Source: Octopus sinensis
Lineage: Eukaryota
Reading direction: 5' to 3'
NCBI RefSeq assembly: GCF_006345805.1
Contig: NW_021825150.1
Coordinates: 1 to 16,445 of the forward strand
DNA: 16,445 nucleotides
Shown here piece after piece: positions 1 through 10,486 of the stretch. The notes under the pieces are model-generated. The model was not told where the DNA came from. It saw only the letters and a program-made list of their open reading frames with translations, and searched no databases. The number at the start of each line of letters is the position of its first letter. Within the stretch, counting starts at the first letter, position 1. Both the position numbers and the translations under genes were made by a program.

Positions 1-248
1 ACCTCCCTTATGAATAGGGCATATTTTACCTTCCTTCAGTTTTCTTGGAAGTTTGCCAGCTGCAAGGAAGCTCTGAAAGAGGAACTGCAGTGGTCTTGCT
101 AAGACTCTCTTACATACTTTTAAGAGGATTGCCGGGAATCCATCGGGGCCAATAGCTGAGTCGATTTTCATTTCATCTATAGCCTTTATTACATCATCTT
201 CCTTTATATCGATGTACTTTAACGTCGCCGCCTCTGATTCTATATCTG

Positions 249-251
<3 letters not shown>
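1..251 (-). mobile_element. 5'-truncated CR1/L2/Jockey-group LINE fragment (N-terminal part of the RT region); continues off the left edge
   Basis: The minus strand reads IDIKEDDVIKAIDEMKIDSAIGPDGFPAILLKVCKRVLARPLQFLFQSFLAAGKLPRKLKEGKICPIHKGG, the GPDG...LP..K...I.PI.K pre-RT motif. It is about 89% identical (manual count, ~28 mismatches in ~247 nt) to 14211-14458 in inverted orientation. Confidence 0.9.
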
Positions 252-252
<1 letters not shown>

Positions 253-297
<45 letters not shown>

Positions 298-300
298 TTT
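253..300. repeat. (TA)n microsatellite followed by a T run
   Basis: Directly visible. Confidence 0.95.
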
Positions 301-610
301 CGATTAGATTTATTATTATTATTACTAATATTGTTGTTATACATACATACAAGCATATGTAATGATAATAATGGGTGGATGTAAACCATGAACAAAATTA
401 GAACAAAAGCAACAACAACAAAAACAAAATACAAATTACATGAATGTATATAAACAGAAGATACAATATTACAGGCATCCCCCCACACACACACTAAATA
501 AACATAGACGCACATAGAGATATAAGCATGCGCAAATGAAGACATACAATAGAATACAAAATGGCTGACGGTTAGTAAGGAGAGACACAAATACGAAAGA
601 AGAAAACAAA

Positions 611-655
611 GGACCACTGATGCGGTCACAGGAGTGTGACGAAAGAACTCTGGCC
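611..655 (+). ncRNA. Degenerate type-I hammerhead-ribozyme-like motif (probable Penelope-like pLTR remnant)
   Basis: GGACCA-CTGATG(CG)-GTCAC aggagt GTGAC-GAAA-G AA C-TC-TGGCC. Stem II is perfect, GAAA and UH are present and stem I is weak. A9 is replaced by C and there is one extra nucleotide. Confidence 0.45.
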
Positions 656-832
656 GAAATAAGATTAAGATTAATGTAAAAAATAAATATCACTGAAGCA
701 AAATAACACCAAATATATAGTGCGTGTGTTTTTATTGGCTAAACTGGCAATATGACCATTCCGAAATATAACAATATCTGTTTCAATACACGACTTCACA
801 TAAAAAAATCTTGCACAACAAATATTTAAAAG

Positions 833-864
833 TACATATATACATATATATATACATATACATA

Positions 865-895
<31 letters not shown>
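833..895. repeat. (TA)n/(TACA) microsatellite
   Basis: Directly visible. Confidence 0.95.
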
Positions 896-1228
896 TACTT
901 CCGGTTTTCGTAGAGGAAAGACGTGTTTGCTTTTGCTCTGTGGAAAAACAGAAAGGTTTGCATAAATCGACGAAATATTCTACTAAAAGTAACAAAAAGT
1001 AGAACTTGTTAACTCATAAAGTCTACTAAAATACATTAATTGAAAATATATTAATTATAAACGTAATATATTTCGCTTGAAGCCAAATATAATACAGTAA
1101 ATTTGGTTACGCATGCTAGAATATTCGCCGAAAAGCACATGGTGGCAAGTCTTTCTGTTGTGAAAGAAAATTTCTTCGTACAAGCACGATCGTTTGGACT
1201 GTACCTTTCAAGATAAGTATCGCATGTA

Positions 1229-1985
1229 ATTGTCTGTTTATTAATTTTTTAAGCTAACATCTCAGTTACGATTGTTTGTTTATTAATTTTTTAGGCTAAC
1301 ATCTCAGTTACGATTGTTTGTTTATTAATTTTTTAGGCTAACATCTCAGTTACGATTGTTTTTTTATTAATTTTTTAGGCTGACATCTCAGTTACGATTG
1401 TTTGTATAGTAATTTTTTAGGCTAACATCTCAGATACGATTGTTTGTTTATTAATTTTTTAAGCTAACATCTCAGTTACGATAGTTTGTTTATAAATTTT
1501 TTAGGCTAACGTCTCAGATAAGATTCTTTGTTTACTAATTTTTTAAGCTAACATCTCAGATACGATTGTTTGTTTATTAATTTTTTAAGCTGATATTTCA
1601 GTTACGATTGTTTGTTTATTAATTTTTTAGGCTAACATCTCAGTTACGATTGTTTGTTTATTAATTTTTTAAACCGACATCTTAGTTACGATTGTTTGTT
1701 TATTAATTTTTTAAGCTGAAATCTCAGTTACGATTGTTTGTTTATTAATTTTTTAGGCTAACATCTCAGTTACGATCGTTTGTTTATTAATTTTTTAAAC
1801 TGACATCTTAGTTACGATTGTTTGTTTATTAATTCTTTAAGCTAACATCCCAGTTACGATTGTTTGTTTATTAATTTTTTAAGATAACATCTCAGTTACG
1901 ATTGTTTGTTTATTAAATATTTTAGGCTAACATCTCAGTTACGATTGTTTGTTTATCAAATTTTTAAGTTTACATCTCAGTTACA
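1229..1985. repeat. Minisatellite, 18 copies of a 42-bp unit (consensus ATTGTTTGTTTATTAATTTTTTAGGCTAACATCTCAGTTACG)
   Basis: Units start at 1229, 1271, 1313 ... 1901 and 1944 (one 43-bp unit), with few substitutions per unit and no spacers. Confidence 0.97.
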
Positions 1986-2490
1986 TATCTTACTCTTTTT
2001 CTCATCTCCCCTCCTCCCTTTCATATCCTCCTCTTCTCTCATTTCTCTTTCCTTTCCATCTTACATCTACCTCTCCTCTCGTCACCTCACCCTCTCTCTC
2101 ATATACTTCTCATCCGCCCATTCTTCTCACTCCGTCTCTCCCTCTCTCTCACATCCTACATCCTGTCTCTCTTTCTCTTGCTATCCTCTCCTCCCCTCTG
2201 TTTCTCTTTCTCTTCCCCTCCTCTCCTTCACTCTGCCTCTCTTTCTCTTCCCCTCTTCTCCTTCATTCTGTCTCTCCTATTCTCTTCCTCTCCCTCTCCC
2301 CTACCTTCAGCTATCTTTTTAACACACCATACCCCCTTGCTTTCCTCCTATCACCCTCTCGATTTCTTTCATAGCACCTCTCTCTTTCCTTCCTATCTCC
2401 CTCTCTCTTTCCCTATCCCCCCCCCTGTGTTTCTCCGTCTCTACCTCTCTCTATCCCTCATTTCCTCTCTAGCCTCTACTCCCCCTCTAA
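1986..2490. repeat. CT-rich polypyrimidine low-complexity tract
   Basis: Almost exclusively C/T on the plus strand; the overlapping S/L/P/F-rich ORFs are compositional artefacts. Confidence 0.9.
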
Positions 2491-2505
2491 GACCTCAAAA
2501 CGAAG

Positions 2506-3315
2506 ATGGCACCAAAGTGGGAAAAGAAAGAGTTAAATCTTCTGCTGAGAGCATGGATGATTGCTAGAGGCGATCCGCCGAACAACATCATCACTGCCGC
2601 GCTAAAAAACAATGGTTTTCATAGAACCATTGACCAGATAGAGCTGAAGAAAAGTGAGTTTATCCAGTCTTACATGCTTATAAGACCACACATTAAAACA
2701 CTGGACAACATAATTGAAAATTATTGTGGCAAAGCTGATGAGGATGAAGGGGACGAAAAAGAGAAGGAAGCCGGAAGTCTCTGGGATCAAGGGGTTCCTC
2801 AGGAAAATGGATCACCTACCCCGGTGAACGACCAAGTAGTGAAGGATAGGGGAGCCAAGGGAGCAGACACCAGAAGCCGCCCTGTACCAGTGGTCCTACG
2901 AAGAGATGAAAAATTAGAAAAACAGAAGAAAAAAGGAAGGACCGAAAACAAAAATAAGGAGGGAAATGGAGGAAAAGGCAAAACAACCAAAGCTGAAACC
3001 CCAACCCACCACGCAAACAGCAGAGAACCCCATGGAGGATCCAATGCCACCCAGCACACTTCAGGAAAGAAGAAATCTGGAAGGCACCGAAGAACCTGTA
3101 AGTTCTACCTACGGGTTAAATGTTGGCATGGTGAGGACGACAAAAACTGCCGGTTCGTCCACCCGACACCTCGCCAGAACTTCAGGTGACTCAAAGAGAA
3201 AAACTTTACCGAGGGAACACAAGAAATGTCTCCCAGGAAAACTTTCAAAAACGAAGTGTGCTCCTCAGATGTTCTGCACAACGCAGCAGCTGAGCAAGAG
3301 TCTTTTTTATACATG
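2506..3315 (+). pseudogene. LINE ORF1 (copy 1): Myb/SANT(trihelix)-like N-terminus, charged linker, CCCH zinc finger; in-frame TGA at 3187-3189, truncated by the microsatellite
   Basis: W..KELNLLLRAW...IITAALKNNGFHRTIDQIELKK fits the trihelix/Myb_DNA-bind_4 pattern W..E...LL..W...I...L...G..RT..Q...K. CKFYLRVKCWHGEDDKNCRFVH is C-x7-C-x8-C-x3-H. The same frame resumes after the stop to [11 protein letters not shown], matching AAAELESFLCM in copy 2. Confidence 0.75.
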
Positions 3316-4141
3316 TATATATATATAGATAATATATATATATATATACATGTATATATATATATATATATAAATATACATATATGCATATATATATATA
3401 CATATGTATACACACACATTTATATATCTATACATATATCTATATATACATATATATACATGCATATAGACATATACATACATACATACATGCATATAGA
3501 CATATACATACATATATTATATTCATATATATATACATATATACATACATACATATATACATACATACATATATACATACATACATATATACATACATAC
3601 ATATATACATACATACATATATACATATATACATACATATATACATACATATATACATACATACATATATATATACATATATACATACATATATACATAC
3701 ATACATATATATATACATATATACATACATACATATATATTCATATATATATACATACATATATATATATTCATATATATACATATATATATACATACAT
3801 ATATATATATTCATATATATACATATATACATACATATATATATACATACATATATACATACATATATATATACATACATATATACATGCATATATATAT
3901 ACATACATATATACATGCATATATATATACATACATATATATACATATATCCATACATACATATATATACATATATCCATACATACATATATATACATAT
4001 ATCCATACATATATATATATACATATATCCATAATATATATATAACAATATCCATACATATTAGATATATATATATATATAATATACTTATATTCATATA
4101 TATATACATATATTCATATATATATACATATACACACACAC

Positions 4142-4172
<31 letters not shown>

Positions 4173-4225
4173 AATACATATGTAGATGTAAATTATATAT
4201 ATATATATATATATATTCATATACA
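3314..4225. repeat. ~0.9-kb compound (TA)n/(TACA)n microsatellite
   Basis: Directly visible; source of the long Y/I/H/T pseudo-ORFs. Confidence 0.95.
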
Positions 4226-4404
4226 TATAATCCTCATAGTCGACATGTGATGTGATTGAAAGAGTACAATATAGCCAGGAATAGATGACCACCACCTAAG
4301 GGAGGTTATCGTAAGGCATTATTCATATCTGTATCATTTCCTCCTACTTGTTTTAAAGAGTTCTATACCCCACCTCGATAAGTTCCCGACCAATGGTATT
4401 TTAG

Positions 4405-4702
4405 TATATATATACATATATATATATATATACATATATATATACATATATATATCATATATAATATACATATATAGATATACATTATATATATATATAT
4501 ATAATATATATATATTAAAAGCACTCACACACACATACATAGCTACAGATACACAAAGTTACACACACATACACATTTACATTCACTCATACATGCCAGG
4601 AAGCGTATAAATGCAACATAAAGTGGAAAAAGTCTTCACACACTGTTAATCAGCTACAACTTACCTTTCTTAACACAGCTGTGATATATATCACACACAC
4701 AC

Positions 4703-4755
<53 letters not shown>

Positions 4756-4897
4756 TATATATATGCACATATATATATACACATATATACATATATATGA
4801 ATACGCATATGTATATGCATATACAAATATATATATGTATACATACATACATATATGTATATATATACATACATATATATATATATATATGTATATA
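4405..4897. repeat. (TA)n/(CA)n microsatellite blocks with a short unique interruption (~4560-4685)
   Basis: Directly visible. Confidence 0.9.
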
Positions 4898-7800
4898 TTA
4901 TGGCTGCCCCCTCGTTATCGAGTATGGCCATTGCACGAGGCTTAACGGTTACTGGTGCTGTAATTGAATGTGACTTTTTAGCCCAGCTAAAGATTTACAA
5001 TGTCTTGTACAGAATTGGCAACTAATACCTTTACCGGTAATAGCCGCCTGTAGTTGTAACTGGGCTTTATGTACCTTTGCATGTCATTTAAGTCCTCCTG
5101 CCGAATTTCACTCTCTTCCACATGCCCAACAGATATGATTAGTATGGTGTGTTACACCACCACCAGTGGCCAGGTTGTCACTTATCTGTCTGGCTTTATG
5201 ACTACGAAGATGAGTCTTGAGTCCAGCTTTACTGAGGCAGGGTCTTGCACAGACATTGCATGTCAGCATCAAAGGAAGACCCTTCCCATCTGGAAGTGTA
5301 ACAGTGATGCCCTTCCTGACATCCCTCCTTACTTTCTCAGGTGCAACTTGAGATTTCTCATAAGTGGCTGTACCCTCACTCACAATCCTTCTCCACCTGC
5401 TACAATAAATAGCTATGCCTTCCCATGTGTCAGGAGAGAGGCAAGCATCTCTTAAGGAAGCCCTCAGCAAGTCCTTTTTTGGTTTATGTGGAGGTTGTTC
5501 TCCTTTAGCTAACTCTCCATAAAAGAGTTGTTTTGGCATCCTTGAATCCTTCATCCTGACCAGATGACCACTCCATCTGAGCCTTTGCTTTAACACAAGA
5601 GCTTCTATACTTTCACACCAAGAGCCTTCCAATATTTCAAGATCACTGATGCGGTCCTTCCACTTAATGCCATAGATCCGTCTGAGGCACATCTGATGGA
5701 AACGTTCCAGTTGTTTAAGGTGGTATCGATATGTGACCCACGTCTTGCAGGCATAGAGAAGAGAAGGGAGCACACATGCCTTGTACACCTTTATCTTTGT
5801 CTTTCTGCATATGTCTCGCCGACTCCAGAGGCACTTTTCTAGCCTTCCGAAAGCAACATTTGCTTTCCTAATCCTATATGGAATTTCATCATCCAAATTG
5901 CTATATCTATTAATAGTGCTTCCCAGGTAGACAAACTGATCAACTACATCAAGTCGTTTACCATACACAGGGGCAGGTTGATGCATGACAACAGTTTTCT
6001 TGAGATTGACTGTCAATCCTAAGGCAGTGCAAGCATCAGAGAATGCATTCAAAATGTGTTGCATATCAATCTCTGTGTGTGCTATTAGCTCACAATCATC
6101 TGCATACAAAAGGTCTCTTATGATAGGGGCAAATACCTTTGTTTTTGCAGCAAGGCGCCTGATATTAAATATGCTGCCAGAGGTTCAATAATGGACGTAA
6201 ATACCGTATCTGCAGTTTCTGAATGCAATACAGAACACCATCGCAAAATATATGGAAAATAGGGTCGGTGCCAGAATATCCCCCTGTTTCACTCCATTTT
6301 GTATTGAAATGGGCTCCGACACTTTCCCTCTAACATTCACCCTACCATTCATGTCTTCATGTAAAGTAAGGAACTTTTCAGGACATCCAAGTTTCTGGAG
6401 GACTTTCCACAATGCTTTTCTATTGACGGTATCAAAGGCTTTTGTCAGATCGACAAAAACCTGATACAAATCCAGACCCCATTCCACACACTTCTCCTGA
6501 AGCTGTCAAGCTGAAAAGATCATATCAGCAGATCCACGTCCCACACAAAAGGCAGATTGACTTTCTGGAAGAACACAATCTGCAATGTATTTCAGCAGAC
6601 GATCCAGAAGTATCCTGCATAAAACCTTTCCTACGGAACTCAGCAATGATGCTCCCCTATAATTACCACAATCATTCCTGTTGCCCTTTCCCTTATACAG
6701 GACCACCATTACTGCATCTCTCCAGTCCTCAGGTACAGATTCACTAGTCCATATCTTTTCAAACAAAGAGTGAAGTTTCTGCAGAAACTTCTCACCACCA
6801 TGCTGTAACAACTCCATACCCGGATACTTCCAAATTATTCAACCTTGAGACAGCAATTGTAACTTCTTCCAACTTTGGTGGTTCTGCGAGTGCTGCCTTC
6901 ACAGGTCATCCAGGGATGAGATTGAGAACATCCTCATTAACTACAGACTTCTAATTCAAAAGTTCATCAAAGTGTTCTTGCCACCTTCGCAGAATTCCTT
7001 GTGAATCTCAAAAAAGTTCTTTACCATCCCTGCTTTGAAGTGGTGTGATCAAGGAAGACGTCGGTCCATAAACTTCTCGCAAGAGACCATACAACAGCTT
7101 TGTGTTACTGGAATCTGATGCTGCCTGTATCTTATCAGCCTTCTTACTCCACCACATATCCCTCATCTGAGAGAGCCTTTGCCTCACATGTGATTTTACG
7201 TCCTTGAGTTCCCTATGCAACACTTCCCTTTCCTGTGGCTTTGCTGACAAATAGCGTGACAAAGTACGTCCTTTATCAGCCAATATATCATCTATATGTT
7301 CATCATTTTCTTTAAACCAATCTTGATGCTTTCTTTGTATCAATCCCAAGAACTTTCTTGCCTATATCATAAACTGACTTTTTAAGGTTCAGCCAATCCT
7401 CCCCAATATCTGCAGCATTCATTTCCTCTCGTAAAGTTCTCTTCACACTATTACACCTAAGACGATCAACATGCAGTCTTTTAGGGTAATCCCTGCAGCT
7501 CAGATTTTATGTTTTGTGATTGATTTCACTTTTGCACATACTAAGCGGTGGTCAGTCCCACACTCAGCTCCACGAAGAGCACGAACACACTGCACATCCT
7601 GTCACGTACCCTAACAAGGATGTAATCCAGAATATGCCATTCTTTAGATGCAGGGTGCATCCATGTAGTTTTAAACTTATTCTTTTGTTGAAACATGGTA
7701 TTGGTTACACAGACGCAGATCCTCACATATCTGCAGCAAAAGCATGCCATTACTATTACACTTCCCCACCCCATGCTTTCCAATTACAGTCCGTGTTAAA
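4898..7800 (-). mobile_element. 5'-truncated, decayed RTE-clade LINE (APE C-terminus, RT, C-terminal C2H2 fingers, 3' UTR)
   Basis: Minus-strand fragments in order: GKHGVGKCNSNGMLLL and FQQKNKFKTTWMHPASKEWHILDYILVR (RTE APE end), WRDAVMVVLYKGKG..DCGNYRGASLLS, VDLTKAFDTVNR, GVKQGDILAPTLF, YADD, FVYLGS, RLRWSGHLVRM..R.PKQLFYGEL. There are many stops and frameshifts. The 3' end reads ...CTCGATAACGAGGGGGCAGCCATAA into (TA)n. Confidence 0.93.
4949..6109 (-). pseudogene. RTE ORF C-terminal half (RT YADD, thumb, three C2H2-like fingers)
   Basis: ORF 5108-6109 continues in frame through two TGAs to a TAA at 4949-4951. Confidence 0.85.
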
Positions 7801-7998
7801 CATATATATATATGTATATGTGTTAAACACACACATATATATATATATGTGTGTATATACATACATATACGTAAGTATATATATATATATATATATACAC
7901 ACGAATATATATATACATATACAGCTATACATATACGTATATACATAAATACATAAATATACACATATATGTGTATATATTAATATTATATATATATA
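7801..7998. repeat. (TA)n/(CA)n compound microsatellite
   Basis: Directly visible. Confidence 0.9.
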
Positions 7999-8079
7999 AT
8001 AAATATTAGGGAATAATCCAATTTACAGGGAAAAAATCAGATTAGGATTAAATCCAATTTTATAGTAAAATATTATATA

Positions 8080-8232
8080 ATATTATTAGAGACAAAACCA
8101 CTATTTTGCAAAACAAACAAGGAAAGACTTAATCAATACATAAAATTTTAATAAAAAGTCAAAAAAAACCGCCACTACAATTGTTTCTTGTCCTGATCGA
8201 CAATCTTCAGGTGGACTTCCAATCTAAAATAT
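8080..8232 (-). repeat. Left arm of inverted repeat
   Basis: Reverse complement of 10487-10638. Confidence 0.95.
8172..8214 (-). ncRNA. Minimal type-I hammerhead ribozyme motif (minus strand)
   Basis: Reverse complement = CCAC CUGAAGA UUGUC gaucag GACAA GAAA C aauu G UA GUGG: full catalytic core and all three stems. Confidence 0.8.
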
Positions 8233-8599
8233 CAATATTTTAAAATATAAAAATAATAATTTTAAAATAATTAAGTATTAATGAAAAATATAAATATATA
8301 ATCTATATATAACCTTATATAATCCATATTAATCAATATATAAACAATAATAAACTAAAATAAACCTATCAACAATTAATATAAATATAAAACAAAACAA
8401 AAAATAAACTATATATACCCCATACACATATAACTAATTATATATAACCATATCTAAATACATACACTAAATCACACACCTATATTATATATCCCTATAC
8501 ATACACATAAAAACGTCTAGGCAACGATAAATAAATAAAATAGCCAAATACTTCAACACAATACTTATTCATACTCCCTCACACACACATACAACCCAC

Positions 8600-10480
8600 A
8601 TTCCCGCTCTAGAAACGAACATCATTTAAAATTATGAATGGAGAAGGGAAATAATATGGAATTAAAAATTATATTCACTTGGTAAAAACGAACGTTTACT
8701 TAAAAATTATGAATGAAATAATGTAATAAAATAACAGAATCGTAAATAGACATAAATTACTACGAATTCTTTAATAAAACTACCATGATAAACTAAAACT
8801 CATAAAAACATATAATAATAAAATCTCCCTTTACTAAACTCTATAACATACCTATATAGCAATCCCCTAACCTAAACATTCACACACAAATACACACTAA
8901 AACCACACACCCACGACATATACAATACCCACCTCACTCACACATACCTATACATACATATAAACCTCAATATATACTCCAAAAACCACTCAACCCCACA
9001 CAGATAAATAAACACATACATCCCCAAACCTATATAGCAAACCCATAAACACATTCACACACAAATATACATACGTAAAACACACACCATATACAATACA
9101 TACTCACTAACTCGATATATACAACAATATTAACACACCCACACTCATACAGATAAATAAATATTACAACTAAAATACGCACACACTCACACACAATCCC
9201 ACATACATAAACACTCCAAAGAAAAACAACATTATTACACATAATACGATATATAAAATTACATCGTAAGTAACCAGAATATCAAAAATAACAATATGAC
9301 ATAAGGGAAATAAAATACATACTTTCAAGTCAGTTTCAAATTATGAATGACAAATTAAATTCTAAGCCGTTAAAAAAAATCAAACAAAATTACGTTACCA
9401 TAGGAACATAACTTATGTATAAAAAGAATACGCGCTATGGAAGCAAACGTCATTTAAAATTTGAATGGAGAAATAGAATAAATGGAATTAAAAATTATAT
9501 TCACGCGGTAAACTAACATATTTAAAAAAATTATGAATGGATTCTTTAATAAAACTACCATGATAAATTAAAACTCATAAAAACATAAATGAATAAAACC
9601 TCCCTTTACTAAACCCTATAACATACTTATATAACAATCCTTTAACCTATACATTCACACACAAATACACACACGTAAACACACACCCATAACAAATACA
9701 AATACCCACCTCATTCACACATACCTATAAGTACATATAAGCCTCAACATATACACCAAACAAAATTACGTTACCAAGGAACCTAACATATGTATAAAAA
9801 GTATTCCCGCTCTGGAAACGAACATCTTTTAAAATTATGAATGAGAAATGGAATAATGGAATTAAAAATAATATTCACGTGGTAAAACGAACATTACTTA
9901 AAAATTATGAATGAAAAATGTAAAAAAAACAAACATCGTAAATAGACAATTACTACGAATTCTTTAATAAAACTACCATGATAAACTAAAACTCGTAAAA
10001 ACATATAATGATAAAATCTCCCTTTGCTAAACTCTATAACAAACCTATATAGCAATCCCCTAACCTAAACATTCACACACAAATACACACGTAAACCACA
10101 GACCCACGACTTATACAAATACCCACCTCACTCACACATACCTATACTAACGTATAAACCTCAATATACACCAAAAACCCACTCCCACCCCACACAGATA
10201 AATTAACACATATATCCCCAAACCTATATAACAAACCCATATACACATTCACACAAATATACATACGTAAAACACACACACACAACATATACATATACTC
10301 CCTCACATATACGCATATACATACTCACTAAACTCGATATATACAACAATATTTACACACCCACACTCATACAGATAAATAAATTATACAACTAAAATAC
10401 GCACATACTCACACACATTCCCACATACATAAACACTCCAAAGAAAAACAACATTATTACACATAATACGATATATAAAA
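8600..10480. repeat. Three degenerate direct copies of an A/C-rich unit (8600-9258; partial ~9381-9756; 9757/9803-10480)
   Basis: Shared anchors: ATTCCCGCTCT.GAAACGAACATC (8600, 9803), CAAACAAAATTACGTTACCA (9381, 9757), ATTCTTTAATAAAACTACCATGATAAA (in all three), ACATAATACGATATATAAAA (ending 9258 and 10480). Confidence 0.9.
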
Positions 10481-10486
10481 AACTTC

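Larger units (their letters stand above)
901..3313 (+). mobile_element. LINE 5' portion, copy 1 (putative long 5' UTR + ORF1; ORF2 absent)
   Basis: 901-1220 aligns by eye with 10721-11083; both start CCGGTTTTCGTAG just after a TA tract. The ORF at 2506 is homologous to 12000-12840, which in copy 2 directly precedes an APE-RT ORF2. Confidence 0.75.

Noticed and set aside
901-960. HDV-like ribozyme or conserved hairpin at the LINE 5' end
   Set aside because: A hairpin can be drawn in copy 1 (TTTTCGTAGAG/CTCTGTGGAAAA), but the pairing is not clearly conserved in copy 2 and I could not build the HDV nested pseudoknot.
1229-1985. 42-bp array as a CRISPR array
   Set aside because: The repeats are head-to-tail with no unique spacers, there are no cas genes, and the context is eukaryotic.
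1906-2567. S/L/P/F-rich ORFs, also 11563-11901
   Set aside because: Artefacts of stop-poor CT-rich tracts.
3226-4295. Long ORFs (up to 315 aa) rich in Y/I/H/T or M/Y/V/C, also at 252-1002, 4334-4945, 7677-7964 and 15095-15522
   Set aside because: These are translations of TA/TACA microsatellites. Only the first ~29 codons of ORF 3226 are real, being the ORF1 tail.
4226-4404. Unique ~180-bp island between microsatellites
   Set aside because: No recognisable ORF, splice pattern, RNA motif or match elsewhere in the window; left unassigned.
5069-7948. Plus-strand ORFs over the RTE, and minus-strand ORFs over the plus-strand LINEs
   Set aside because: Antisense shadows of the retroelement reading frames with no motifs of their own.
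8233-10486. Decayed Penelope ORF inside the inverted-repeat element
   Set aside because: Trial translations gave only short K/N/I-rich stretches with no RT or GIY-YIG motif.
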